Shown in pieces: positions 26,271 to 39,955 of a stretch of DNA of 64,000 bases. The stretch comes from Octopus sinensis (lineage: Eukaryota). Position numbers and translations under genes: made by a program. The first letter of the stretch is position 1, and every line of letters starts with the position of its first letter. The stretch is taken from contig NC_043009.1 of assembly GCF_006345805.1 (NCBI RefSeq), positions 17,732,001 to 17,796,000 of the forward strand. The letters run 5' to 3'. The notes under the pieces were generated by a model, which searched no databases, was not told the DNA's origin, and saw only the letters and a list, made by a program, of their open reading frames with translations.

Positions 26271-26590
26271 CCCGGATTGGAAACCTACCCTTCATTTGGT
26301 TCTTGAATATCCAGCATTGGGCACTGATTTAAAAGCATTAGGGCTGATATTTCTAGCAGGTAAAGCTTGGCTGATTCATGCCATCTTGGTTGGCGTTTGT
26401 CAGATGACATCAGAGATCAAGCGGGAGATAAATGACATTCACTTCATAAATTTTACGTCAAGATAAGAACTTTGAGACAAACTGGCCAATAGTTGGAATT
26501 TTTAGCTTCCTTTCCGTTTGGGATGCAGGTTCAATTAGCCCTCCACACAGAGTGTGGCTTTTAAGCTAATATATATGTGTGCATATGTAT

Positions 26591-27002
26591 AGGTGCTGGA
26601 GTGGTTGTGTGGTAAGTAGCTTGCTTACCAGCCACATGGTTCCGGGTTCAGTCCCACTGTGTGCCACCTTGGGCAAGTGTCTTCCACTATAGCTTCGGGC
26701 TGACCAAAGCCTTGTGAGTGGATTTCGTAGGCGGAAACTGAAGGAAGCCCGTCATATGTGTGTGTGTATGTGTGTGTGTGTCTGTGTGTGTATGTGTGTG
26801 TGTTTGTGTGTCTGTGTTCCCCCAACATTGCTTGACAACTGATGCTGGTGTGTTTACGTCCACATAACTTATCGGTTCGGCAAAAGAGACCGATAGAATA
26901 AGAACTAAGCTTACAAACCATAAGTTCTGGGGTCAATTTTGTTCATTAAAGGTGGTGCTCCAGCATGGCCGATTTCAGATGACTGAAATAAGTAAAAGAA
27001 TA
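26591..27002 (+). mobile_element. Full-length SINE family A
   Basis: Head, core, internal (GT)n and gtgctccagcatggcc..ctgaaa tail all present. Confidence 0.88.
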
Positions 27003-29339
27003 TGTATATATATACCTTGAAGAACTGTTAATGAAACAAATTGACCTCAGTACACATTTTTTTTTGCCAAAATCTTTTTCCCTTATTTAACGATCATTCT
27101 GATAGCTCTTTTGTCTTAATAACAGTCATTTACATAGTAATTTCCCTTTGTTTAACGGACATTTTCATAGCATATTTTAATTGCCTCGATAACTCAAGAG
27201 ATGCCGGTGCAGGTTTCCGCCCCAACATCCGAAACTCGGAGTTTTACTATGGCAATCAAATAATTGTCACATATTATATTACAAATATATATATATATAT
27301 ATATCCTTAAATCCTTAAAAATGTTTCAGCCCGAAGGCCGCGGCCATGCTGGGGCACCACCGCTGATTTATATACAAATATAAATTAGAACCAGCTCAAG
27401 GTATATAAATAAAATCAAAAATGCACCGGATATATACATATACACATATATACACATATTAGACAGACAGGCAGACAGACAGATAGATTCACGTAGATAT
27501 ACACATACATATGATAGGCTTCTACCCAGTTCTCATCCACCAAATTTCAGTCACAAAGCAGTGGTAAACATGAGACTACAGGAGATGCTTATACAAGTTG
27601 TGGAATACACTTGTTAACCACTCAGCCTGACTCTTTGATTGCTGATTGTTTCCTTATCACAAGAATCCATTTGACCAGTGATTCTTTTTGGTTCTTGTAG
27701 TATGAAGTTGTTAAATAATCATTTCCTATGGAGTTATTGGATCAAGTACCAAACGACAAAATACCCAGTAATTCTGCTTACAGTGGGGAGCCAGAACATT
27801 CTGTGAGAGTTATTTGCGTACAGGTGGACCAAGTGATTGAGAGATAAATGACTTGATTATGAATCGAATGCAGCACTGGCATCAGGATAAGAACAGCTAA
27901 TTGCTCAGTTGTTTTATTAGCTCAAACATACCCAGCTTTCTCTCAGATTATGGATATGTCTAAATTGTCAGACATACCCCCTTTATACTAGTATGGAAAA
28001 ATGGAGAGGAAAACAAGTTTTTAAAAATAAATGTTTTTCAGAAGCCAACTACAGACTACATTAGATTATATCTCATTTGCAATTTTTCCATTAAAAAAGC
28101 TGTTAGTGCTGGGCGGATATAATTAGCAAAATTAAAATATAGTTTTTTTACTTTTCATTTTTTGTTTAAATTTTATTTTATTTTTAGTTAGTACTATAGT
28201 AGCTTTTGGATATCACTATGACCATATATGGTGATAAATCATTTGAGTTAACAGACAATTAAGAATGGCCAAGTAAAGATAGATATTCTTGATGTATTTC
28301 AACTATACTCTATATTTTTCCTTTTTTATTCCTTTCTTTTTTCTGAAAACCAAACTAGAGCTCCTGTAGCTTTTGGTTGTCAATGACTATATTTGGTTAT
28401 TAATCATACAAGTAATTAATGATGAATTATTTTCAATTTATGAATTAAAGCTGTTCATAGAAGCGCATAATTGTGCATTATCTGCAATAGGTGCAGAGGA
28501 ACACATTGGCAAAACATTAAGCAATATGGTTCTTTTTAATTATTTGTTTTTCCTTATAGCTAGCTTTTTGTTTCCAGTGATAGAATTAAGAGGAAAATCA
28601 ACATTACCATCACCACCACCTCAATTATAATCCCTATAACTACAGCCATTACCATCACCACCAACAGCAACAACAACATCATTATCTTAATTATCTGCCA
28701 GATCAGTCAACATTTATATATTATATTTATTTAGTCAGCATCCATAGAATGCATTTATCTACCCAAACAATATACACACAATGTTTATATATGTAATCAA
28801 CTTCTACATTCGGTATTTATCTGTCAAATCAACACCTGCAGTTTGAGCCTGTCTAGTCATTGTACTGTCGCTATTTGTCTGTTATGTCAGCGATGTACAA
28901 ATAGTATTTATCAACAATAGTCAACATCTACACACTGTACAGTCAACATCTACACATTCTCCAGTCAACATCTTAGAATGTATTTATCTGTCTAATTAAC
29001 AATTATTGTGCATTGTGTCTATCTGATCTAAATCTACAAATCTATCCAGTCAGTATCTGCTCACAGATACATAGACACAGACGTCTATCCAGTTAATATC
29101 TGCTCACAGTCTCCATCAAACTAGTCGACAACAATGTACTGTGTCCATAGTCAATATCTACAAACTTGCAAAGGGCATGGAATATTGCCTCAACAGTCCC
29201 TAGCTTTGTCATTTCACATTCAGTTATACCCAAAGACCAGTGGTGACTCATAGATAAAATGAGTCAGGGTGCTGCCTCAGAAAATTTTTAGCTATTGTTT
29301 TAATATTGTGTACAAGGAAACAAACATATAAAAAGAAAC

Positions 29340-30530
29340 TTTATACTTTGGGTACTGAAGCAATTAATAAACTGCTCAAAGGTGGATGTGGTATACCTCG
29401 ACTTTGTGAAGGCATTTGACAAGGTCGACCATGGAATGATATGCCACAAAATACAGGGACTCGGTATCACCAGTAAAGTCAGAGAGTGGCTGCATGATTT
29501 CCTAAAGGACAAGAGCTAAACTGTAGCAGCCAACGGAGCTCTCTCCACAGAGACACCAATAGTGAGGGGAGTGCCCCAGGGCACTGTACTGGGGCCACTG
29601 CTTTTCATAGTGGCCCTATCGGATATGCCATCAGTGACAGAGGCAGCCATGCTTACCAGCTATACCGACAACACAAAAGTTGCACAGTCAGTCAAGGAAA
29701 CCTCTGATGCTACACTCTTGCAGAAAGATCTAGATGCCATCTATACACGGGCTGAGGATAACAAGATGCAATTTAATGCAAGTAAATTCCAGGCCCTCCG
29801 CTACCAGTTAAGCACTGCTCAGGAATCACGACATCAGTACATTGGACCAAGTGAAGCAACGATCACAGAATCAAATACGGTGTGTGATCTTGGAATAGAA
29901 ATGAGCAACAATGCCTCATTTCACACACATGTCAACAAAATGGTAACACTATCCAGAAGACTGGCTGGTTGGATTCTGAGAACCTTCTGGACAAGGGACC
30001 AAGAAACTAGGATAACACTATGGAAGTCATTAACGACTGAGCTACTGGGACAGATCGAAAGAGCTACAACTCTATTCCCTGGAACGAAGGTGGGAGAGGT
30101 ATGCAGTGGTATATATATGGAAGATACTGGAAGGACTGGTACCAAACTTTGGAATAAAGAGCTATACCAGACCACGAACAGGACGTCACTGTGCTGTCCC
30201 CACTGTGCCGACTGCTTCATCTCGGGCAAGGACGATGTACTGCAATAGCTTGGGTTTCAGGGGCCCACAGCTGTTTAATTGTCTGCCAAAGCATCTGAGG
30301 AGCATTTATGGAATGCATGTAGACATTTTCAAATGTGAACTTGACCTCTGGCTCACCGAGATCCCGGATGAGCTAATATCTAGGCAAGAAGCTCAAAAGA
30401 GGGCAGTAACATCGAACTCCATCCTTCACCAAAAGCCGCTCCAACAAAGATAGAAAGTGGAAAGATGATCACAATGGCGGTGCTCCAGCATGGCCACAGT
30501 CATTGGACTGAAACATATAGAAGAATAAAC
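29340..30530 (+). mobile_element. 5'-truncated CR1/L2-group LINE (RT)
   Basis: VDVVYLDFVKAFDKVDH, GVPQGTVLGPLLF, YTDNTK (degenerate YADD) and the C-terminal IWKILEGLVPN..GPQLFNCLP. Confidence 0.9.
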
Positions 30531-31321
30531 TTGATCGGTTCATGTTTTAGCCACTGCTGGGTAGTGTGTTTAATTTGTTCACTGAAAACCACTGTGAATT
30601 ACCTCTTGTTTTTCAAAAATCCCCACTAAATCACAAAATAAGGAGAAATCTGCCCTGTTTTTCAAATCCTGGCAGTAACACTGTAGCTAGTAGCAGGATA
30701 ATAATCTAATTGAAGAATATAAACACATTTTTAAGCACAACACATGCTGAGTCAAAACGAAACACTAACTTTCATCAGAACACCAAGATCAGCACTGCAT
30801 GAACCACAGTGCTCTCTCTCCCTAGCATGCGGTTTCCTATCTCAGACATATGAACATGTGCACAAAAGCCAAACACCACATCACTTGAACTGTGAAGTGT
30901 ACAGTTCTATTCAAGGATTTTTGTATTTTTTCATAAACTAGGGGATGACTGCTGACATTAAGCTCAAGGATTAAATAATGTACAAGTATAAAGAAAGAAT
31001 TAACGAAAAAAGGACTCATTATATTGAATGTTATCAATAATATCGAGTGAGAATAGGGGATGCTGCAGTTCCACAGTGCCTATACATGAGCCACCACTGC
31101 TAAAGACTCTGACATGTCTGCCATATTCAAGAACACTTTTAAAATTTAATATTCCTTTCTACTGCTTCTAAAACATAATAATAACACTGTCCCTCCCACT
31201 GAGTCTAGAACAGGGGTTCCAATCTATGGCCCATGAAATCCAAATTGGCCCCCAGTATAATTCTGAATAGGTTATGAATTTTCAAAATCTATTTTAACAG
31301 TAAAGAGTGGAATTATCAATG

Positions 31322-31354
<33 letters not shown>

Positions 31355-31537
31355 CACACATACACATAGACACATGCACACACACACACACACACACATG
31401 CATGCTCTCACACACAAAATGATTTCATTTTAACTTCCTACATAGCATTCTGTCAACATATCACATTCTTTCTCTTTCTTTCTTTCTTTCTTTCTCCACC
31501 AGCTCTCTCACTAGATGTTTGTATCTATGTATTTGTG

Positions 31538-31613
<76 letters not shown>

Positions 31614-32100
31614 CAGACAGCAGATAGACACACACACACACATAATTACAAAACAAAGAAAATATCAAAAGTAGAGTAACATGTTTTACTGAAGTTGAAA
31701 AACTCAACCAAGTGTTATGCTGAGTTTCCTAGAACCACTCAACATACGAAAGTGAAGTTCTGAAACCACACAGCCTCTTATATACGGTTAAAAATTGGTG
31801 CAATGAGTATTATCCTAGCAAATAATCAAATAAACATTTAAAGCTGATTGGAGACATGGTTATGATATTTCAGAATGAATGGATATGATTGGCTGTGGAT
31901 GATAAGCAATACAAATAATAGAAACAAGTAAAATAAAGTTTGGATAAAACTGAGTTGCTTTGCATTGATAAAGGATAATAGGTAGGAAAGTTGCATCTGG
32001 GGAGAATGGTTTTACGTGCAGATTGAGATGGCATGCAGTCTTCTTTGTTACAAGCTTGCAACAGGATAGAACAGACAACGAATGTGGTTTTCAATGAAGG

Positions 32101-32283
32101 GAAGACCTTCCAGCCATTAAAGATCTAGAAGCTTTAGAAAGAGATCCCTTCAACTGAACAAGATGAATAAAGTCCCAGAAGGTGGACACCAGCTTCCAAA
32201 GAATCCTTAAAGATGATTTACAGTTAGTGTGAAATTCAAATGAAATATTTGCCTGGTCTGACAAAACCAGAAACCTTTTATAC
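32101..32283 (+). pseudogene. Penelope-like element N-terminal fragment
   Basis: In-frame with stops: LPAIKDLEALERDPFN*TR*IKSQKVDTSFQRILKDDLQLV*NSNEIFAWSDKTRNLLY, which resembles the PLE pre-RT '..ADKTxNLY' region. Confidence 0.6.
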
Positions 32284-32816
32284 TGGCAATTGACTCAGGA
32301 TCACATCGAACCTTTTGCTGACCATGGATCACACTGACCATTCAAATGATTTCCACCCCATTGATCTGTGTTGATACAGGCTTCAGAATAACTGAAACGG
32401 CTACACACAGTTTCAAGTTATCTATCCAGTTGACATCTTCTCACTATATTTTATTTGACTAACATCTGTACTCTTTGTTTATTCAGTTAACCTGTACATT
32501 TTCCGTGTATCTGTGTCAAAATCTACACATTATATCTGTCTGTCTAAACAATCAAAACGTACGTCTATGGAAGTCTATTTAGTCAATACCTACCTACTTG
32601 CCTACAGACCTTTCTACTTACATATGTACTGATCTACTTATCTGTCTGTCTGTCTGTCTGTCTGTTTATCTGTCACTTTGTCTATCTGTCTGTTTATCTA
32701 TCTTATCAATACTTACACAATGTCTGTCCAATTAACATCTGTACCTTATATCTGTTTACATATATATATATATTTTTTTTTCTCTCCTTCTTTCTGTGTT
32801 TTTCTCTCTCTGTGTA

Positions 32817-32854
32817 TCTTTCTGTTGAAGAGCGTAGGCTCGAAACGTTAAAGA
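32817..32854 (+). ncRNA. Minimal hammerhead-like motif (core variant CUGUUGA)
   Basis: tcttt-CTGTTGA-a-gagc-gtag-gctc-GAAA-cgt-T-aaaga; stems I and II pair perfectly. Confidence 0.55.
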
Positions 32855-32951
32855 CTTGTTTTATTTATATTTCCTGAGCGCCATACTAATACAATTGTTC
32901 GTTTGTCTTCCACCTGCCTTCGTCTTTTGTTTATTTTCATAAAGCTTCCCG

Positions 32952-33005
<54 letters not shown>

Positions 33006-33522
33006 TGTCTGCATTGACTGATGAGGTCAACCCAATGTTATTGAAGATCCCCAGGAACAAAAATGATTAGAATATATATGAGTGATGTAGGAAGGAGAGA
33101 ACTCTCTTACAATATCCTTTTAAACTTATTCATTCTGTTAAAAATGTCATTAGTAGACATATTTTCTTCTAGAAGCAGAAATAGCCAAATGTCATTTAAG
33201 GAAAAAAGTTGTGAAAAACTGAACCATCACAAGATATTCTTTTACTTTCTTGAATTTCTATTTTCTTTTTCTGTCACTGTTGCTGTATCGGAGAACCATC
33301 TTCAACAGTATTAGTCAGTCACACTGACTCCATTACTTTTCACATAAAGGGATGTAACTTGGTGTCCTGTGTTTTACATCAATATACACAAATAGACACA
33401 CTACCACACATAATGTGTGTCCCTCCATAACCTCACCATCCCCACCACCATATCATCATCACCATCTCTTTCTCTCTGTTTGTCTGTCTGTCTGTCTGTT
33501 TGTCTATCTATCTATCTATCTA

Positions 33523-36468
33523 CTGCGGTACTTTTTGGAAGAGTCTGGACCTCGAAGTAAGAGCAATATTCCTAGACCCAGTCGGTAGGCTGGTCATCTT
33601 GGATGTCGATGGAGTAATGGGTGTGCTTTTTGACTGATAACAGTTTATGCATCGTCCTTAACAGGTCGACCAGATTTCTTTCGACGTCTAGAGGGTTTCC
33701 TGGGAATGTCTCGACCTTTACTTTTAGTGGGGGATTGGAATGCTACCTTGGGCATGCATCTAGACTACATTGGTAGAGATAAGAAGAGATGCAAATGCCT
33801 CAAAGACCTACTCAGACGTTTCCAAATTTCTGACAGGTACTGACTAGACCACCTGAATGTGCCAATGTGGACATGGAGCAACCACATCGGGTTGTCCAGA
33901 TCGTATTTAGATAGAATATTCTGTAGGACAGTGGATAGGGATAGCGCAGGTTGTCCACAACTTCATATAGTCAGCTACACAGATAACACATTTGTGACTT
34001 ATATGCTTGACTTAGACAAGAATCATAGGCAGGGGCCTGGTTATTGGAAACTGAACGCATTGTTTACAGCACATCAGGCTTACAGAGACCAGATTAGCAC
34101 ATTAGTTAAGAGAGCATTGACGGGTGCCATTATCAACAATAGATGGTGGTATGCCCTAAAGAAAGCAACTGAAGCAGAATCAGTCAGATGTAGTAAGGCT
34201 CTAGCAATAGATCAAAATAGAATAGAAGGAGACCTAGTTAAGAAATTAGAAGAGGCATATAGAAGTGGCATTGCATCCAACGTGTTAGCAGTGAGGTTGG
34301 CCCTCAACCAACACTTCAATGCCAAATACGAAGGATGCATTGTCAGAGCTAGGATGTGTGCTCCGAAAAACAAAGGAATTGGAGCTGCCTGAAAGGCCTG
34401 AGTGGCAGAGGTGCAATGAGGCAACAATTAGGTCTCTGACAGATGAATAGGGGCATGAATTACTTGAGCCCAAAAGGATGTGTGAGGCCTTTCAACAGCA
34501 ATTTGCCCGACTGTTCGGGACAACTGGTGGGTGAGATTTGAAGATTTTGGTCAAGGTGCTAGCCAAGAGCTTGGTGCTTGTCATCAAGAAACTGGTCGAC
34601 AAGGTGCAAACATGCACCATGCTAGGTAGAAGTATCCATGACAACCTCCATCTGATGCACTACATCATTGACAGAGTAGTTAAGGAACCTGGCATGGGTG
34701 GGGTGCTGATCAATCTGGATCAATCAAAAGCTTTCGATAGGGTCAACCATCGCTACTTAGAGGCTGTCCTTAGGGCGGCTGGTTTTGGTCCCATCTTCCT
34801 CATTTGGATCACTGCCTTATTCAGCAGCATCCACTCAGTAGTTCACATAAACGGTCATCTATCCAGACCATTTAGCATCACGTGTTCAGTCTGTCAAGGA
34901 TGTCCTCTCTCGTCGCTTCTGTATGTATTGATTCTAGAGCCACTACTGCAAAAGCTGGCAACACTGAAAGGCATCCCACAAGAATTGGGATGCAGGAAAG
35001 GCGTGTCTGCAAACACAGACAATGTAACCATCATAGTGATGAGCCACAGGTATATCAACCTGGTTGGCAAGACACTAAAAAAGTATGAAGCAGTAATGGG
35101 AATGAAAATTAACTTGCAGCTTGGCACCTGGAGAGGCAGGCCCATGCCATCCAACAGCATCTCCATCATGGGACATTGAACCGACAGACCAGTGAAATTG
35201 CTTGGAGTCTGATTTGGACTGGACCTCCAAATGGAGAAGAACTGGGATGAGATAACGAGTAGGGTGGCCTCTCTCATCCAGTAATAGGCCAAGAGAAAGC
35301 CATCCCTAAAAGGTCGTGCAGAGGTGGCAAACAGGTACATCGCATCCATCATCTATTACTACCTGACCATCGTGCCTTGTCCCAACCTGGAATGTATACT
35401 CTTCTGCTTTTATAAAAGGGAAGCATTCCGATGGTTAGGCGATCCATTTACTGTCAACATCTGCTAAATGGAGGGCTGGGCATGCCATGGTTGATGATGT
35501 GCAGACATGCGCTGAGACTGCATCATCTCTGGTGCTTCATAAACGACGGTGAACAGGTGTGATCACTGTTTGTTAGGCGCGTTTTCCCACAGCTTGTCTC
35601 TTTGGCTGAACTGCAGTCATGGATCATACAGAGACTGAGGCTAGGTGAATGGCACTGCATGTGCCGCTTTGCTTCCAAGCAACTCTGCCGTCTGGGACAA
35701 ATCTCGTGCGACTTCAATTCCATGAAGGTGTTCTATAAGGGGTTAGTGGAGGGGAGGTGCAACAACGTTCTTGGGCATCAATGGGGAATACCTGACCCGC
35801 TTTTTCATGACAACTTTCGGGCCAGAATCTATGGACAATTACCAGAGATCACTGGCCTGGCAGTGCTATCAGGAAGCATTGCCTGTTTGGGATAAGCTCC
35901 ATAGGCATGGTTTGAGATACACCGGACCGACTTGCCCGAGATGCAGTCAGAGTGACGAAACCATTCTGTGCGCACTCATGCAGTGTCTAACCATTTCAGA
36001 CTTGTAGGCTTATGTTGAATGGCTGCTGTCATGTGTGGGATAAATTTGGTTATCGGCCATGTCTATCCTGAATATTGCCCTGCCACTGTTCTTTAACCGG
36101 GAAGGCAAGGCACTTTTCATAGTACTGGTGGCTATGGTGAAAGAATATCTGTGGTGGAGTCGTGCGAAAGGTTTAAAGACAAACATTTTCCTCTCTGGCC
36201 AATCACTCATCAACTTTTCAAGTACCACATGAAAAGGAAGGTGAGAATAGAGAGGCAAGTTTTGTCTCATAAAAGTTTCAATAAAAGGTGGGTGAATGTA
36301 GCAACGATGGTGCACGTAAATGACGAAACTACTTTAAGCATCATCCTAGAAAATCCAAGAGAGAGAGAGAGAGAGAGAGAGCACTTTGCTCTCATATGTT
36401 TCTTTCCCTGCTTGAGGTTACTGTGGTCTTTTCTGTAGGTTTTTCTTTCCATGGATAAACCTCTTTTA

Positions 36469-36470
<2 letters not shown>
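33523..36470 (+). mobile_element. Decayed Tx1/L1-clade LINE ORF2 (APE-RT-CCHC)
   Basis: LVGDWNATLG, WTWSNH..SYLDRIF, GPGYWKLN, GRSIHDNL, LDQSKAFDRV, QGCPLSSLLY and CPRC..ETILCALMQC. Confidence 0.92.
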
Positions 36471-36515
<45 letters not shown>

Positions 36516-36608
36516 ATTTATCTATCTATCAATCTATCTATATGTGTGTGTGCATGTATAGTTGTTAAATGGAAAAAGTTGACAGTTTTATATATATATA
36601 TATAGATA

Positions 36609-37367
36609 GGGCGCAATCGTCTAAATTATGCAAAAATGAAAATAACGCAGCCGTCTCGTTTTAACAGATATATTTACCAAAATTAGATAAAATATCTTGA
36701 AATACTAAAGAGTAAATTTATTTAATAAAATCACCATTAGCTTCACTTACAGTCTCCAGAGGACTTCAGAATCTCCTGTAACACTTCTGGATGGTCTCCT
36801 TGTTTAAGTTGATGAATGCTGTCATAAGCCCTGCTTTCAGTTCATCTTTGGTGTTACAAAGAGTTTTGTTCTCTTGCTCAACTGCACCCCACATATAATA
36901 ATCAAGGGGGTTGCAGTCTGGGGAGTTAGGTGGCCAGATGTTAGGGGTGATGTGGTTGCAGAAATTGTCTGATAGCCATGATTGGGTTCTCCTGCTTGTG
37001 TGGCATGGTGCAGAGTCCTGCTACCAGACATAGGGTCTTCCAGCAGCCACTCTTTTGACCCACCCAGGGCCATTACTAATGATCACTCCAAACACCATGA
37101 TGTTGACTAGATGTTTGATTTTTATCACTCTTGCTACATGTTTTGGGGACACGGGAAGCCAATGGTTGTTCTATGTTTTCACCATCTGTTCATATTGGAG
37201 CTTCCAGCACAAATGCCAAGCAGTACAGCATGTCATTTCCAAATTTCTGTATCATGGTGCTGTTTTTCTCACAGACAATGCCCAACTGACCCTTCAATCA
37301 AAAACAAACAATGTGCAAGCATGAAATTAAAATTATAAAATGGTGAGAATTTACCCATCACACTCTG
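36609..37367 (-). mobile_element. Deleted maT/DD37D-type Tc1-mariner element
   Basis: Minus-strand WPPNSPDCNPLDYMW; both termini are homologous to the 48808-49558 copy. Confidence 0.85.
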
Positions 37368-37394
37368 TGTATGTGTATATATATATATATATAT

Positions 37395-37592
37395 CATCAT
37401 CATCATCATTTAACGTCTGCTTTCCATGCTGGCATGGGTTGGACAATTTGACTGAGGACTGGCAAACCAGATGGCTGCACCAGGTTCCAATCTGATCTGG
37501 CAGAGTTTCTACAACTTCATGCCCTTCCTAACACCAACCACTCCCAGAGTGTAGTGGGTGCTTTTACGTGCGACCGGCACAAGGGCCAGTCC
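37395..37592 (-). mobile_element. RTE 3'-end fragment
   Basis: (CAT)n followed by tttaacgtctgctttccatgctggcatggg. Confidence 0.8.
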
Positions 37593-37595
37593 AGC

Positions 37596-37694
37596 ATACT
37601 AAACCGATGATTAAGTAATGTGCAAAATAATAAATAAAATACAAAATACGTTTTATTTGTTATTTTGCACATTACTTAATCAATGGTTTAGTAT
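37596..37694. repeat. ~99-bp hairpin
   Basis: atactaaacc..gtaatgtgcaaaataa mirrored by ttattttgcacattac..ggtttagtat. Confidence 0.9.
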
Positions 37695-37803
37695 TTTTAT
37701 GTTATATATCTTATATTTAATATTTCTATTATATGTAATTTTCTAGATGGTGTAATTTAATTTTTCATTTTGAATTAATAAAAGGTGGTTTTTTTCTAAT
37801 TCA

Positions 37804-37835
<32 letters not shown>

Positions 37836-38006
37836 CCTGGGTATATGGATGTACGTATATGCACAAGCATGGACACAAATACTAAAACATAGTTACTGTC
37901 CACATACAATGTTGATATATATATATATATATATATATCATCTGTAAAAACATAAATTCAGAAGAAGCAGTACACTCTAAGATATAGAGCAGTATATATC
38001 AAAAAT

Positions 38007-38425
38007 GGGGAAGGCCAGTTTATGGAATTACCTTAGGTTTCCTGACCATAAAAGGTTCGGCTTTAAGGCATATCACCAGATCCCAAAACCTGTTGGTCCA
38101 CTACTCAAAGGTAACAACAGGGATTATCTCCCTTGGCTATTGGCTATCTACTTCTGGCTGTGCTGCCATCTTGTAGGCTCCTGCTAGCCTTTTGGAGCCC
38201 ACAAGATGGTGGCGCAGCCGGAAGTTGATAGCCAATAGCCATGGTAATAATAATCCTTGTTGGTACCTTTGAATAGTGAGGTATTTCCTCCTCCATATTC
38301 TTAGGCAGCTTTGGGCCAACAGGTTTTGGGATCTGATGATATGCCAAAAATCTGAACACTTTACTGATGGGAAATCCATAATCCTATAAAACCCGCTCAG
38401 ATAATCCCATAAACCTGCCTTCCCC
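38007..38425. mobile_element. Palindromic MITE (~420 bp)
   Basis: Arms mirror each other from ggggaagg to ccttcccc; centre ggctcc-tgctagccttt-ggagcc-type loop at ~38176-38199. Confidence 0.85.
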
Positions 38426-38866
38426 GTTTTCAATATGTATATATGTATGTATGTATATATGTAGAAAGGGACTACATGTGTATGAGTACTAAAACAAGTA
38501 CAACTACATAAACGTAAATTGATACATAAATGTGAATTGATATTATCAATGCTGTGTACTTTTATACTCCAGTATACAGAAATAAATATGTAAATAGATG
38601 TAATCATAAGCATACAAAGCTGACTTGTATATAAATTAAGAGTATATATGTATACCAGTATCTATATAAATATAATGTGCCAATTTGTTCTTTTTGTAGA
38701 TACCTGTCGTGTGTGTCACACTTACTTCAAAGAAGTGAGCAGCAAAGCAAGAGAGAAGCGGACAGAGAGGAAATAAGAGAGAAAGAGAGAGAGTGAAAGA
38801 GACAGTGTGTGGTGACAGCATTTGTTTCGTGTTTTTAAATGTTTCAGAGAGGAAGTAAGATAGAAA

Positions 38867-38903
<37 letters not shown>

Positions 38904-39639
38904 TGAAAGACAGTGTGTGGTGACAGTGTCCGTTTTGTGTTTTTAAATGTTCATCACATCACAAGAAAGGTAGATACATAGACACATACACACATTGTTG
39001 AATTAAAAGTGGGAGAGAGGATGGATACAGAGGAAGTGAAAGAGAAAGAGAGAGAGAGAGAGACAGTAGATACATAGATCCAAAGAAATGTTGATACATA
39101 GAAACATAGACACCGCAAATATTGGTCACAGCAAATATAAGTCACTTTCACTTTTCATTACCACATGAGGATAAAATTAACTCGCAAGTGACTGAGTACT
39201 CCACAGACATGCATATCATTAACGTAGTTCTCAGAGAGATTCAGGCTCACACAGAATATGACAAGGTTGGCCCCTTTGAATAACCGCTACAACTCATTTT
39301 GGCCAGCTGAGTGGATTGGAGCAAGATAAACCTTCAAGTGGATGGAAGAAAATGAAAAAATATCCTATATAGGGAAACTTTTTTAGTCATTAGGGTCACT
39401 ATGGGTGTTAATCTGGTCCTAACGATGGCGTTTGTGGGTTTCATAGATCTGGAGGCCAAACCTCCAGATAAACACCAATGCACAGGCTGTTGTTATCAAA
39501 CTGAGTGTGAGTCAAGGGCGAATGCATGATGGAATAGCAATTATTTCATCTTAGCTTTCACTGCTTATACTAAACACACAACATTTTTGCCTTATGACAT
39601 GGAACATTTCTTTTTCTTTCACTCTTTTTAAAGAATGGC

Positions 39640-39955
39640 ACTCCATTGGTTACAATGACAAGGTTCCTACTCATCTGATCAACAAACAGTCTTCTCGTAA
39701 AATTAACATGCAAGTGGCTGAGTACTCCTCAGGCATACATATCATAAGGTAGTTCTCAGGTAGATTCAGCCTCACACAGAATATGACAAGGCTGACCCCT
39801 TTGAATTACTGCTACAACTCATTTGTGCCAGTTGAGTGGACTGCAGCAAGTTGAAGTAGAGTACCTTACTCAAAAACACAGCATGCTGCAGGGAATCGTA
39901 CTCATGACCTTACGATCGTGGGCCGAATACTCCTAATCAGTGAGCCACGCCCCTT
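39640..39955 (-). mobile_element. tRNA-derived SINE, family C (partial second copy at ~39170-39330)
   Basis: Minus-strand head gggcgtggctcactgattaggagtattcggcccacgatcgtaaggtcatgagtacgattccc with A/B-box-like motifs. Confidence 0.75.

Noticed and set aside
27191-27243. Hammerhead-like remnant (aactc-aaga-gatg..catc-c-gaaac-tc-ggagtt)
   Set aside because: CUG of the core and part of stem III are missing; at best a decayed copy.
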